In this document: positions 21,755 through 32,324 of the stretch, in pieces | Numbering within the stretch: the first letter of the stretch is position 1 | Layout: the number at the start of each line of letters is the position of its first letter | NCBI GenBank assembly: GCA_964597815.1 | Contig: CAZQZN010000003.1 | Location: forward strand, 8,519 to 72,518 | Origin: an uncultured bacterium | GTDB taxonomy: Bacteria > Margulisbacteria > WOR-1 > JAKLHX01 | Length of the DNA: 64,000 bases | Direction: 5' to 3' | Program-made: the position numbers and the translations under genes | The notes under the pieces: generated by a model | What the model saw: only the letters and a program-made list of their open reading frames with translations | Database searches by the model: none | Told to the model about the DNA's origin: nothing

Positions 21755-22437
21755 TCGTTCTTAGAAATGTATCAAAAGTATATCCAAACGGGATAGAAGC
21801 TTTAAGCAACATAGATTTGTGCATAGGGAAAGAGGAGTTTGTTTTTATTGTAGGTCCAACTGGATCTGGGAAATCCACTTTGTTAAAACTTTTATACAGG
21901 GAAGAAATAGCTACAAGCGGCCAAGTCATTTTAGACAGAGTCAACCTCTCAGAAATAAAGCAAAATCAAATTCCATATTTAAGGCGAAATATTGGTGTGG
22001 TTTTTCAGGATTATAAGCTTTTGATGAATAGAACTATCTATGAAAATGTAGCTTTCGCATTAGAAGTTATGGGAGCTTCAAGAAGTTTTATTAGAAGACA
22101 TACTGCTCAGGCACTTGAATTAGTTGGCTTATCAAAAAGGGCAAATTGTTTCCCAAGCGAATTATCTGGTGGTGAACAGCAAAGAGCTTGCATTGCCAGA
22201 GCGATTGTTAACAATCCTCCGCTTGTCTTGGCTGATGAGCCGACGGGCAATCTTGACCCATCAACTTCATGGGAAATAATTCATCTTTTAGATAAAATCA
22301 ATAAAAGAAATACTACTGTAATTGTTACAACGCATAACAAGTCTATCGTTGATGGAATGCGGAAAAGAGTTATAGCTTTGGAGTCGGGCAGAATTGTAAG
22401 AGATCAGCAACTTGGAGTTTATAGCAATGTCCTTTGA
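21751..22437 (+). CDS. ftsE: Cell division ATP-binding protein FtsE
   Basis: Walker [10 protein letters not shown], signature [14 protein letters not shown], Walker [13 protein letters not shown]. Followed by ftsX. Confidence 0.9.
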   Translation: MIVLRNVSKVYPNGIEALSNIDLCIGKEEFVFIVGPTGSGKSTLLKLLYREEIATSGQVILDRVNLSEIKQNQIPYLRRNIGVVFQDYKLLMNRTIYENVAFALEVMGASRSFIRRHTAQALELVGLSKRANCFPSELSGGEQQRACIARAIVNNPPLVLADEPTGNLDPSTSWEIIHLLDKINKRNTTVIVTTHNKSIVDGMRKRVIALESGRIVRDQQLGVYSNVL

Positions 22438-23305
22438 GTTTTTTATAAGAGAATCTTGGACTGGTTTTAGAAGAAGCGGCATAATGAGTTTTGTTTCACT
22501 TGTTACAATAACTGTCTCTTTGAGTGTTTTTGGTGCATTTTTGCTTGCTGTTGCTAATATGGCTAATATTGCTTCAATTTTAGGTTCAAAGATGGAAGTT
22601 GTTGCTTATGTTGACAAGGACATTGATGATTCAACCGCTGGTGCTATAAGCCTAAAAATTCAGACATTAGATGGTGTCGAGAGTGTAAAATTTATATCAA
22701 AGCAAGAAGCATGGAACAACTTTAAATCTGATTATGAAGGGAGACTCTCTCTTGGAGAGATAATCAAAGATAATCCACTGCCAAATACTTTTGTTGTAAA
22801 GGTAAAAACACCGCAAAATATTTCTCCTGTAGCAAAACAGATTTCAAATTTTCCTGAAATTGATGAGGTTAGATATAGCGGAAATTTAGCAGATAGATTT
22901 CAATCAGTTTTGGATTTGGTCAGAATTAGCGGTTTTGTTGTTGTTGGCCTTTTAATTATTGCAACTTTATTGATTGTCATAAACACTATAAAACTGACAA
23001 TTATAGCGCGTCAGACTGATATCTACATAATGAAATTGGTAGGAGCGACAAATTCTTTTATCAAATGGCCTTGTATCGTGGAAGGATTTTTGCTTGGACT
23101 AATTGGGTCGTCTTTGTCGATCATAATACTTAAATTTTCATATGATTTAGTTGTTAAAGAACTAAAATCTTTCATGCCATTTTTGCCTTTGATGACATCC
23201 TTAAACAAATTGTTTTGGATATATTTTTCTGTTGGTGCTATTGGTGTTGTTTTGGGAATGTTAGGTGCCTATATTTCATTAAATTCTTTGTTGAAAGGAG
23301 AATGA
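22427..23305 (+). CDS. ftsX: Cell division permease FtsX
   Basis: Four-TM topology with a large periplasmic loop, immediately downstream of and overlapping ftsE. Confidence 0.85.
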   Translation: MSFEFFIRESWTGFRRSGIMSFVSLVTITVSLSVFGAFLLAVANMANIASILGSKMEVVAYVDKDIDDSTAGAISLKIQTLDGVESVKFISKQEAWNNFKSDYEGRLSLGEIIKDNPLPNTFVVKVKTPQNISPVAKQISNFPEIDEVRYSGNLADRFQSVLDLVRISGFVVVGLLIIATLLIVINTIKLTIIARQTDIYIMKLVGATNSFIKWPCIVEGFLLGLIGSSLSIIILKFSYDLVVKELKSFMPFLPLMTSLNKLFWIYFSVGAIGVVLGMLGAYISLNSLLKGE

Positions 23306-24699
23306 ATTTGTTATCTTTTATAAGGAAAAACGCGAAAAATATTCTTATCGTTGTCTCTGTGGTTTTTATTTTGAGCATGTTTTATGGAATAGGGCAGGTC
23401 GGCTTTCAAAATCCTTTTTCTTCTCAGCGGAAAAAATACGGGCTTGCAAAAGTAAATGGCAAAGAAGTTGATGCTTTCAGATATAATCAATTTCTTGGAA
23501 AATTGCTGTCAGAACAAAAAACTATGTTATCGCCTTATAGCCTTTTATATTATCAATATTTGGCTTTATCCCAATTGATCGATTTTACAATAATTGAGCA
23601 AGAATCAGCAAAGCATTTTGATGCAAAGCCAGAGGAAATAAAAAGAGCGGTAGACGAAATAATGTCTGCAAATAAAATTCCAGATGAAAAAATATTTAAT
23701 CAAATTTTAAAACGACAAGGTTTTTCTTTGGATAATTTGCGACGCATGATAAAAGAAGAAATAATTGTCAACAAAATGAACAACAAAATTGCTTCTGAGG
23801 TTTCAATAACACCAGATGATTTAAGGGAAATTCGTGTTCAACATATTCTTTTTAGAACTATTTCTACTTCAGAATCACAGCAAAAGGAAATTAAAAAACA
23901 GGCTGAAGAAGTTTTAAAAATGGCAAAAAGCGGAGCAGATTTTTCTGCTCTTGCTGAAAAATATTCACAAGATCCCGGATCTGCAGAAAAAGGGGGAGAT
24001 TTGGGTTTTTTTGGCAAAGGGAAAATGGTAAAAGAATTTGAGGATGCAGCTTTTTCGTTAAAACCGGGTGAAATTTCTGATCTTATTAAAACTGATTTTG
24101 GTTATCACATAATAAAAATGTTGGAATCAAGGCCGATAGAGAATATAAATAAAGCGGAGATTTTAAAACAAAAACAGGCAAGAGTTTTTGATGATTGGTA
24201 TTCCAAACTCAGGAAAAAAGCAAAAATTGAAATAGAAAATCCAATGTTAAAGGCTTTTGAGGCGATTCAAACAGGAGATCTTAATAAGGCCTCTCAAGAG
24301 TTTTCTTTAGTTGCAAAACAAGAACCGCAAAATCCTTACCCGCATTATTTTTTAGCTCAGCTATATGAAAGGCAAGGTGATTTTTCTTCTGCTGTAAAGG
24401 AGTATGAAGTATCATCTTCTCTTTCACAGAATGATCCATTGTTGAGTTTGTATATTGGGCAAGGTTATTTGAATATTTCTTCAAACGTTTCAAAAGAATC
24501 GGCGAATATTTACAAGGATTATGCTGAAAAAGAATTTTCAAGAGCTTCGGCGCTTGCAGCTGATAATTTGGAATTAAGAGAGTTTTTATATAAGTTTTTT
24601 ATTGCCAATAAACTTTCTAATTTGGCAAATTTAGAAAAAGAAAAAATGCAACAGATTGAAAAAAGGAAAAACCTTGAAGAACAATTAAAAAATAAATAA
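23302..24699 (+). CDS. Parvulin-type peptidyl-prolyl isomerase (SurA/PrsA-like) with N-terminal TM anchor and C-terminal TPR-like region
   Basis: PpiC domain VQHILF...GGDLGFFGKGKMVKEFEDAAFSLKPGEISDLIKTDFGYHIIK. ATGA overlap with the ftsX stop. Confidence 0.8.
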   Translation: MNLLSFIRKNAKNILIVVSVVFILSMFYGIGQVGFQNPFSSQRKKYGLAKVNGKEVDAFRYNQFLGKLLSEQKTMLSPYSLLYYQYLALSQLIDFTIIEQESAKHFDAKPEEIKRAVDEIMSANKIPDEKIFNQILKRQGFSLDNLRRMIKEEIIVNKMNNKIASEVSITPDDLREIRVQHILFRTISTSESQQKEIKKQAEEVLKMAKSGADFSALAEKYSQDPGSAEKGGDLGFFGKGKMVKEFEDAAFSLKPGEISDLIKTDFGYHIIKMLESRPIENINKAEILKQKQARVFDDWYSKLRKKAKIEIENPMLKAFEAIQTGDLNKASQEFSLVAKQEPQNPYPHYFLAQLYERQGDFSSAVKEYEVSSSLSQNDPLLSLYIGQGYLNISSNVSKESANIYKDYAEKEFSRASALAADNLELREFLYKFFIANKLSNLANLEKEKMQQIEKRKNLEEQLKNK

Positions 24700-24809
24700 T
24701 GCTTTTGTATTTTTGTTGATAGTCTATTATATCCTGCCAAAACTAAAAATAAAATTGAAAAAATCTTATGTGAAGTTTGCCGTTAAGCTAAAATTTTTAA
24801 TAATCACCT

Positions 24810-26186
24810 TTAATTGTTTTCGATAAATTTTTTGCCGTCGTCCAGAAGTTTTGCAACTTTTACTGGTGATGTTGATTCACAATATATTCTTAAAAGCGGT
24901 TCGGTTCCAGATAATCTGAAAAGTATCCAACTGTTATCTTCTAAAATAAATTTGTATCCATCGAGTGCTTTGACTTCTTTTACTTTTAGATCTCCGAAAA
25001 ATTTTGGTTGTTCATTTGCGAGGATTTTCTTAATTCTGTCTTTTTGGATAAAATCTATTTTTAAGTCAATTCTGTCATAGTAAAACCTTTTAAATTGTTT
25101 AGATATATCATCTAAAATAAACTCAACGGATTTGTTTTCAAAAGCCATAAGTTCTATTATCAAAAGGCCAGCCAGCAAACTATCTCTCTCGGGAAGATGT
25201 TTTTTTATTCCTATGCCTCCGCTTTCTTCGCCTCCCATCAAAATATCTTTTTCTCTCATAAGATTGCAAATATATTTAAAACCAATTGGTGTTTCGAACA
25301 ATTTTAAGTTATATTTATCTGCCATCATATCAATCAATTGGCTTATATTAAATGTTTTTACAACTTCGCCTTCCCATTTTTTGTTTTTAACAAGATGGTA
25401 TAAGATAAGGGCAAAAATTTGATGTGTGTTTATGTAATTGCCGTCTGAACCTACGAGGCCAATTCTGTCAGCATCTCCATCTAATACAATACCTACGCTT
25501 TTTTCTTTTTTGCAAATAGACATAAACTCTTTTAGGTTTTGAGGAATAGGTTCGGGATTTACTCCTCCAAAGTAACAATCTCTATAATTATTTATTTCTT
25601 TGATTTCCATCTTTCTGTCTAATGCTTTTGAAAAGTAATTGCTTCCACTTCCATACATAGGATTTACTATTATATTTTGTTTTAGCGAACTTATTTTTTT
25701 TAAATCAACCAAATGTGTCGTTTTTTCGATGTAATCCTCTGTTGGATCAAAGGTGATGATTTTCCCAAGAGCAGGATTATCTTTTACTGTTGATTTGCCT
25801 ATTTTTTCTTCGATACTTTTTGTAATTGTTTCATCTGCTGAGCCACCATAAGGGCCTTTTACTTTAAAACCATTCCATATTGGAGGATTGTGGCTGGCAG
25901 ATATCATAATTCCTGCTGCTGCTTTTTTGTTTTTGACATGAAAAGAAACAGCAGGAGTTGGACAAGCCGATCTCGTTAAATAAACTGTAAAACCATTTGC
26001 TGCGACAACATTTGCAGCTGAAAGAGCAAAATCTTCGGATCTAAATCTATTGTCGTATCCAACGATAATCGGGCCTTCAAAGTTTGCAAAATGATCTGAA
26101 AAAGCTTGTGCAACTTTTTTAACGTTGTCTATTGTAAATTCTCCCGCTATTTCAGCTCTCCAACCGTCAGTTCCAAATTTAATCAT
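24810..26186 (-). CDS. Phosphoglucomutase/phosphomannomutase family protein
   Basis: Active-site SASHNP, N-terminal GTDGWR, sugar-binding GEESGG. Confidence 0.9.
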   Translation of the reverse strand: MIKFGTDGWRAEIAGEFTIDNVKKVAQAFSDHFANFEGPIIVGYDNRFRSEDFALSAANVVAANGFTVYLTRSACPTPAVSFHVKNKKAAAGIMISASHNPPIWNGFKVKGPYGGSADETITKSIEEKIGKSTVKDNPALGKIITFDPTEDYIEKTTHLVDLKKISSLKQNIIVNPMYGSGSNYFSKALDRKMEIKEINNYRDCYFGGVNPEPIPQNLKEFMSICKKEKSVGIVLDGDADRIGLVGSDGNYINTHQIFALILYHLVKNKKWEGEVVKTFNISQLIDMMADKYNLKLFETPIGFKYICNLMREKDILMGGEESGGIGIKKHLPERDSLLAGLLIIELMAFENKSVEFILDDISKQFKRFYYDRIDLKIDFIQKDRIKKILANEQPKFFGDLKVKEVKALDGYKFILEDNSWILFRLSGTEPLLRIYCESTSPVKVAKLLDDGKKFIENN

Positions 26187-26187
26187 A

Positions 26188-28269
26188 CTAAAATGTCTCC
26201 TTTTTATATTCTTGGTTTTCTGAAGTAGGTGAGTTTTCCTCTATTGTAACAGGTGGAGTTTCTTTTTGTTCCTCTGCTTTTGGCAGGTGATATTGACAAG
26301 TTTTTGTTGGGGCTTTGTCAGCCCAGAAATAACCCTTGACAATTCTTTTCTTTGGGCAATACTGGCTTGGTTTAAGTCCTGAATCAAGGCAAATGTCCAT
26401 TACAACATAATTTTGTGGTTTTGGGAAATCTTCGACAGGAATGTTAATAAGCACTTGACTCATAAAGTTTTTCCAAATTCTTGGACAGACACCAACTTCT
26501 GCTACACCTCTCATAGGGGTATTGTTGTCATTGCCAACCCAGACTCCAGTTACAATTTGAGGCACAAAACCGATAAACCACGCATCTTTGAAATTATCTG
26601 AAGTTCCTGTTTTTGCAGCTGCGGGTCTAGAAAGTTTTGCTTTAACTCCAGTTCCAGATTGTATAACTCCTTCCATCATTAAAACTGTCATTGCTATTGT
26701 ATCTGGATCAACTACTTGTGAAATGTTGGGTTTGTTTTCTTCGAGAATTTTACCGTTTTTATCAGTGACTTTTGTTATAGAGATTATGTCGGCTTTTTTG
26801 CCCTCATTAGCAAAAGTTTGAAAAGCTGAAACCATTTCTAAAAGAGAAACATCGCTTGTTCCAAGAGCCAGTGAAAGTGTTGGGCTTAAATCTGAAACAA
26901 TACCCATTCTTCTTGCCATGTTTATCACATTTTCTACTCCAACTCTTTGTAATAGTTTTATTGCTGGAATATTTAAAGAATTTTCAAGAGCGTATTTCAA
27001 AGTTACATTGCCCCTAAATTTTCTGTCGAAGTTTTTTGGACTCCATTTCCCATTTGGATGATCTTTTGAAGGAAATACATCAAAAGTAATAGGACTGTCT
27101 TTAATTATTTCTCCGGGAGAAATTCTTTGTTCCATTGCTGTGCAATAGATAAATGGCTTAAAAGAGGATCCGGGAGATCTCTTTGCTTGAACGGCACGGT
27201 TAAACTCGCTTTTGTCAAAATCAAAGCCGCCAACCATTGCCAAAACAAAACCTGTTTTTGGATCCATACCAACAAGCGCTGCTTGTGAAAAGTTATATTT
27301 TTTGCCTTCCTCTGAAATATATTTTGTAATGACGGTTTCGGCGATTTTTTGGTAAGGCATTAAGAGAGTTGTGTACACTCTCAATCCTCCTTTGTATACA
27401 ACGTCACGGCCATATTTTTGAACAAGCTGATTAATTATGTAATTTGTGAAATACGGAGCGTTAAATTTATATTTATTTACTTTTGTCATTGTGATTGATA
27501 TTTTCTCTTTTTTTGCATCCAAGGCTTGTTTTTCATTGTTTTTTCCGAGTTTTAGCATTTTGTCAATTACAATGTCTCTTCTTGTTGCTGCTAGAGAAAA
27601 GTCTTTGTACGGAGAATAAATTTCAGGAGCGCCTAATATTCCAGCCATCATTGCTGCTTGAGAAAGAGTTAAATCTTTTGCATGTTTGCCAAAGTATAGC
27701 TGGCTTGCTGCGTCTGCGCCGTAGGTATTGTGTCCCCAATAAACTTGATTCAGATACATTTCAAGGATTTCTTCTTTTGTATATTTTCTTTCAAGTTCAA
27801 GTGCGTAATAAGCTTCTGTCAATTTTCTTCTCAAGCTTTTTTCTGTGGACAAGAAAAGTGTTCGCGCAAGTTGTTGAGTTATAGTGCTTCCGCCTTGCAC
27901 AACTTTTCCTTTTGTAATGTTTACAAGAGTAGCTCTTGCCAAAGATTTTAGAGAGATTCCTTTATGGTTAAAGAAATCATTATCTTCTGAAGCGATAACA
28001 GCTTTTATAAGATAAGGAGATATTTGTGATAGCGGCACTGAAATTCTTTTTTCGCCGGCGTGAATTATTCCAAGAATTGTTCCATCAGCTGAATAAATAA
28101 TTGTTGATTCGGTAAGAGGTGAAGAAGCTCTCTCAATAATATCTGAACTTTCCAATATTTGTGCCAAAATTCCGAAAAGTGAGACACTGATTACAATTAG
28201 GAAAAAAATCCAGAAGAAAAATGTTTTTATTAAGTTTTGGTCTCCATTTTTAGAGGAGGATTTGATCAT
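26188..28269 (-). CDS. Penicillin-binding protein 1A (bifunctional transglycosylase/transpeptidase)
   Basis: GT51 motifs [11 protein letters not shown] and [10 protein letters not shown], transpeptidase STFKP/SxN/KTG motifs, N-terminal TM. Confidence 0.9.
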   Translation of the reverse strand: MIKSSSKNGDQNLIKTFFFWIFFLIVISVSLFGILAQILESSDIIERASSPLTESTIIYSADGTILGIIHAGEKRISVPLSQISPYLIKAVIASEDNDFFNHKGISLKSLARATLVNITKGKVVQGGSTITQQLARTLFLSTEKSLRRKLTEAYYALELERKYTKEEILEMYLNQVYWGHNTYGADAASQLYFGKHAKDLTLSQAAMMAGILGAPEIYSPYKDFSLAATRRDIVIDKMLKLGKNNEKQALDAKKEKISITMTKVNKYKFNAPYFTNYIINQLVQKYGRDVVYKGGLRVYTTLLMPYQKIAETVITKYISEEGKKYNFSQAALVGMDPKTGFVLAMVGGFDFDKSEFNRAVQAKRSPGSSFKPFIYCTAMEQRISPGEIIKDSPITFDVFPSKDHPNGKWSPKNFDRKFRGNVTLKYALENSLNIPAIKLLQRVGVENVINMARRMGIVSDLSPTLSLALGTSDVSLLEMVSAFQTFANEGKKADIISITKVTDKNGKILEENKPNISQVVDPDTIAMTVLMMEGVIQSGTGVKAKLSRPAAAKTGTSDNFKDAWFIGFVPQIVTGVWVGNDNNTPMRGVAEVGVCPRIWKNFMSQVLINIPVEDFPKPQNYVVMDICLDSGLKPSQYCPKKRIVKGYFWADKAPTKTCQYHLPKAEEQKETPPVTIEENSPTSENQEYKKETF

Positions 28270-28348
28270 AACACTAAATTATTATAACATTTTAATGTAT
28301 CATTTACTTATGATACAATCAGAAAAATATCTTCAAAAGGAGAAAAAT

Positions 28349-28777
28349 ATGAAAAATATATTGGTTATTCACGGGCCAAATTTAAATCTTTTGGGCGATA
28401 GAGAAAAAGACATTTATGGTTCATATCCCCTTTCAAAAATTAACGAAGAAATCTTAGATTTGGCAAAACAATTAAATGTTAAGGTTGATTTTTTTCAAAG
28501 CAACATTGAGGGAGAAATAGTTAACGAGATACAAAAGGCAAAAGGGCTTTATGATGTAATAATAATCAATCCAGCTGGTTATACTCATTATAGTGTTGCT
28601 ATTAGAGATGCTATAAGTGCTGTTCAAATTCCAACAATAGAAGTTCATCTGTCAAATATTCATTCAAGAGAAGAGTTCAGGCAAAAATCAGTTATTGCTC
28701 CAGTTTGCAAAGGACAGATATTAGGCTTTGGCAAAGACAGTTATCTTTTGGCTTTAAGAGCTGCGGTTTTGCTTTGA
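28349..28777 (+). CDS. aroQ: 3-dehydroquinate dehydratase, type II
   Basis: [33 protein letters not shown]. Start at ATG 28349; the track ORF begins further upstream. Confidence 0.9.
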   Translation: MKNILVIHGPNLNLLGDREKDIYGSYPLSKINEEILDLAKQLNVKVDFFQSNIEGEIVNEIQKAKGLYDVIIINPAGYTHYSVAIRDAISAVQIPTIEVHLSNIHSREEFRQKSVIAPVCKGQILGFGKDSYLLALRAAVLL

Positions 28778-28778
28778 A

Positions 28779-29465
28779 ATGCTTTCTAAAAAACAAATTT
28801 CAAAAATAAAAATTGCTGCCAAGATTGCATCTTGTTTAATTGAAGATGCCAGAAAATTTCTAAAACCCGGCATAAGAGAAAAGGATGTTGCGGATTACTT
28901 AAAAAAAATGATGAAAACTTACAAAACACAGGGGCCCTCGTTCAAAATAATAGTGGCTTCTGGAAGACGCACCGCAATTCCTCATGGTTATGCAACAAAA
29001 AAAATTATTGGGGAAAATGATATTGTTATGATTGATTTGGGAGTAAAATATTCTGGTGTTTGTTCAGATATAACAAGGATGTTCTTTTTTGTGAATGGAA
29101 AACTAAGATCCGTACCGAAAGATGAAAAAACCAAAAGAATTTTTCAGATTGTCAAAAAAGCCCAATTACAAGCGATCTCTATGCTAAAAAACAATGTCAA
29201 TGTGAAAGATATTGATTTGGCTGTCAGAAATATTTTTAAAAAGCACAAAATCGAGAAATTCTTTTTGCATTCAACTGGACATGGAATTGGGATAAGAGTT
29301 CATGAGCCTCCGAGGATTTCTTATAAAAGCGATGAAGTTTTAAAAAATGGAATGGTAGTTACTATTGAACCGGGAATTTATTTAAAAAATCAAAAAAAGC
29401 CTTTTGGGATAAGAGTTGAAGATATGGTTTTAGTTGCCAAAAATTCTTTTGAGATTTTAACATAG
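28779..29465 (+). CDS. map: Methionine aminopeptidase-like M24 metallopeptidase
   Basis: Metal ligands in DLGVKYSGVCSDITRMF and HGIGIRVHEPP. Confidence 0.7.
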   Translation: MLSKKQISKIKIAAKIASCLIEDARKFLKPGIREKDVADYLKKMMKTYKTQGPSFKIIVASGRRTAIPHGYATKKIIGENDIVMIDLGVKYSGVCSDITRMFFFVNGKLRSVPKDEKTKRIFQIVKKAQLQAISMLKNNVNVKDIDLAVRNIFKKHKIEKFFLHSTGHGIGIRVHEPPRISYKSDEVLKNGMVVTIEPGIYLKNQKKPFGIRVEDMVLVAKNSFEILT

Positions 29466-29488
29466 AGTAGTTGAGTTATAATTAAAGC

Positions 29489-30175
29489 ATGAAAACTTCC
29501 GCAATAATAGCCGCTGGTGGCAGTGGCCTTAGGATGAAATCAAAAGAAAACAAACTTTTTTTGCAAATAGGGAAAATTCCTATTCTTACAAGGACTATTT
29601 CTGTGTTTGAAAAGACTTCTTTAATAGATGAGATAGTTTTGGTTGTCCCGGGAAATGAAATTCAAAGAGTGGAAATACTTGTAAAATCAAACGATTTTAA
29701 AAAAATAAAATCAATTGTTGAAGGTGGTTTGCAAAGGCAGGATTCTGTTTATAACGGCTTAAAATTTCTATCAAGCGATTCAAAATTAGTTGCTATTCAC
29801 GATGGGGCAAGGCCTTTTTTGAGCATAGACATTTTAGAAAGAGTAATTAATAAAGCAAAAGAATGCGGGGCCGCAATTGTCGCTGTTAAAGCCAAAGATA
29901 CTATAAAACTGGTAGACACAAATTTTTCTATAACTGAAACATTAGACAGAAACTTATTGTGGCATGCTCAAACACCGCAAGTATTTGACACAAAATTAAT
30001 AAAGCAGGTTTATGAATGGGCAAAAAAGAATAATATTGAGGCAACCGATGATGCGTCTCTAGTTGAAAAATTTGGAGCCAGTGTTTATGTTGTAGAAGGA
30101 TCTTATGATAACTTGAAAATAACTACAAAGGAAGATATTTTGATAGGGGAGGCAATATTATCATCGCAGAAATAG
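29489..30175 (+). CDS. ispD: 2-C-methyl-D-erythritol 4-phosphate cytidylyltransferase
   Basis: AIIAAGGSGLRM with a typical IspD length and layout. Confidence 0.85.
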   Translation: MKTSAIIAAGGSGLRMKSKENKLFLQIGKIPILTRTISVFEKTSLIDEIVLVVPGNEIQRVEILVKSNDFKKIKSIVEGGLQRQDSVYNGLKFLSSDSKLVAIHDGARPFLSIDILERVINKAKECGAAIVAVKAKDTIKLVDTNFSITETLDRNLLWHAQTPQVFDTKLIKQVYEWAKKNNIEATDDASLVEKFGASVYVVEGSYDNLKITTKEDILIGEAILSSQK

Positions 30176-30183
30176 CAATTGGA

Positions 30184-30504
30184 TTGTTTGCAGGTTTGGT
30201 AAGCGGTTTAGTCGGCCTTGGAGGCGGGATTGTTCTTGTTCCGGCAATGGTTTTTTTATTGGGGATGACGCAGCATAAATCACAAGGGACATCATTGGCC
30301 GTAATTGTTCCAACGGCAATTGTTGGTTCTATTGTTTATTTCAATGGTGGCCATATTGATTTGAATATCGTTTTATGGGTTGCTTTGGGAGGAGTTTTTG
30401 GTGGATATATCGGTAGTTTTTTGGCGGGGCTTTTTTCAGAGAAAACCTTAAAGATTATTTATGGAATTTTTTTGGTGTTTGTTGCTGTAAAAATGTTTTT
30501 ATAA
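30184..30504 (+). CDS. TSUP (TauE/SafE, DUF81) family half-transporter, 4 TM
   Basis: GLGGGIVLVPAMVFLLGM...QGTSLAVIVPTA. Only 106 aa, half the length of a canonical TSUP protein. Confidence 0.65.
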   Translation: MFAGLVSGLVGLGGGIVLVPAMVFLLGMTQHKSQGTSLAVIVPTAIVGSIVYFNGGHIDLNIVLWVALGGVFGGYIGSFLAGLFSEKTLKIIYGIFLVFVAVKMFL

Positions 30505-30523
30505 ACTTAAAATCTCGGGGGAT

Positions 30524-30904
30524 ATGATAGTGAATATGATTATTTCCTTAATACTGGTTGGCTTTATTGCAGGAGTTTTAAGTGGTTTAATGGGAGTTGG
30601 AGGTGGCACAATCACTATCCCTGCTCTTGTTTTTATTATGGGCCTTTCTCAGCATTCTGCACAAGGAATATCTTTGGCTATTATTATACCAACTGCGATG
30701 ATTGGCGCGTATGGATATTATTTGCGAAACAATATTGATTTAAAACGTGCAATTTATTTGTCAATAGGTTCTATTTTTGGAGCATATTTTGGCTCTAATT
30801 TGGCTTGCAATGTTTCTTCATTGTATTTAAAAAGAATTTTTGGAATTTTTGTTTTTATTATCGCAATAAAGGTTTTTATAGATGTATTTTCCAAAAAAAA
30901 GTGA
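30524..30904 (+). CDS. TSUP (TauE/SafE, DUF81) family half-transporter, 4 TM, paralogue of the preceding gene
   Basis: GVGGGTITIPALVFIMGL...QGISLAIIIPTA. 126 aa. Confidence 0.65.
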   Translation: MIVNMIISLILVGFIAGVLSGLMGVGGGTITIPALVFIMGLSQHSAQGISLAIIIPTAMIGAYGYYLRNNIDLKRAIYLSIGSIFGAYFGSNLACNVSSLYLKRIFGIFVFIIAIKVFIDVFSKKK

Positions 30905-32324
30905 ATTTATTCGTTTCTCAAGAAAAGGCAATCTGATTCCTGTTTACAGGGAGATTCTTGCTGATAGCGAAACTCCTGTCTCAGCATATTCAAAAATTGC
31001 AGGTGCAAATACTTTTCTGCTTGAAAGTGTTGAAAAGGGCGAAAAAATTGGCAGATATTCTTTTATTGGTTGTGATAATTCTCTTCTTTTCCATTCAAAA
31101 AGCAAAGAAGTTTTCATCAATGGCAAAAAATCTGGTTATGACATTTTACAGGAGCTGAAAAAAAACTTAAAAAGATATAAAGCTGTTAAAATAAACAATT
31201 TGCCTATTTTTCATGGGGGTGCTGTTGGATATATTGGTTATGATTTTGTCCGTCAAATTGAAAATTTGCCAAATGAAAAACCTGATGATTTGGATATTCC
31301 TGATTCCAGCTTTTTGTTGACAGATACTTTTCTTGTTTTTGACCATCTAAAACATAAAATACTGATTGTTTCAAATGCGATTGTTGAAAACGATCCTTCA
31401 GATTCTTATGATTTAGCGATAGAGAAAATTGAAAATGTTGTAAAAAAACTCCAAAAACCTGCCAAATTGAATCCAATCGAATTAAAAGAAGGCACAAAAA
31501 AATTGAAAGTTGAACAAAACATAGCCAAAAATTCTTTTATTAAATCGATTAAAAAAGCAAAAGAATATATTAAAGATGGCGATATTATTCAAGTTGTTTT
31601 ATCACAAAGATTTAAAGTAAAGACCAATGCTTCGCCTTTTGATGTTTATAGAATATTGCGAGCAATAAATCCATCTCCTTATATGTATTATTTTTCCTTT
31701 AATGATTTTACTATTGTTGGAACTTCACCTGAAACTCTTGTTAGGCTTGAAAATGGTATTGCTTTTATCAGGCCAATCGCTGGCACAAGAGGCAAAGACA
31801 ACCTTGAAGACAAGAAAAATGAAATTTCTTTGCTTCAGGATGAAAAAGAGAAAGCCGAGCATATTATGTTGGTTGATTTGGCAAGAAATGATTTGGGAAG
31901 AGTTTGTGAGATTGGTTCAGTGAAGGTAGATGAGTTTATGAAAGTTGAGAGATACTCTCATGTCATGCACATAGTTTCAAGTGTTGTTGGCAAATTGCGC
32001 AAAAAAAATGATGCTTTTGATCTTTTAAAAGCAAGTTTTCCAGCAGGTACAGTTTCTGGTGCTCCAAAAATCAGGGCTATGCAGATAATTGATGAACTTG
32101 AAAAAACAAAAAGGGGTCCTTATGCTGGTGCTGTAGGGTATTTTGATTTTGCAGGCAATATGGATACCTGCATAACAATAAGAACAATCTTTTTTAAAGA
32201 CGGCTATGCATATATTCAATCAGGTGCAGGTATTGTTGCTGATTCAAAACCTCAAAACGAATATAAAGAAACCATCAATAAAGCGATGGCAATGTTAAAA
32301 TCTTTGGAAATGGCACAAAAATGA
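30882..32324 (+). CDS. Chorismate-utilising enzyme, anthranilate synthase component I family (TrpE/PabB-like)
   Basis: [25 protein letters not shown]-terminal [11 protein letters not shown]...GPYAGAVGY. No trpG or trpD nearby. Confidence 0.75.
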   Translation: MYFPKKSEFIRFSRKGNLIPVYREILADSETPVSAYSKIAGANTFLLESVEKGEKIGRYSFIGCDNSLLFHSKSKEVFINGKKSGYDILQELKKNLKRYKAVKINNLPIFHGGAVGYIGYDFVRQIENLPNEKPDDLDIPDSSFLLTDTFLVFDHLKHKILIVSNAIVENDPSDSYDLAIEKIENVVKKLQKPAKLNPIELKEGTKKLKVEQNIAKNSFIKSIKKAKEYIKDGDIIQVVLSQRFKVKTNASPFDVYRILRAINPSPYMYYFSFNDFTIVGTSPETLVRLENGIAFIRPIAGTRGKDNLEDKKNEISLLQDEKEKAEHIMLVDLARNDLGRVCEIGSVKVDEFMKVERYSHVMHIVSSVVGKLRKKNDAFDLLKASFPAGTVSGAPKIRAMQIIDELEKTKRGPYAGAVGYFDFAGNMDTCITIRTIFFKDGYAYIQSGAGIVADSKPQNEYKETINKAMAMLKSLEMAQK

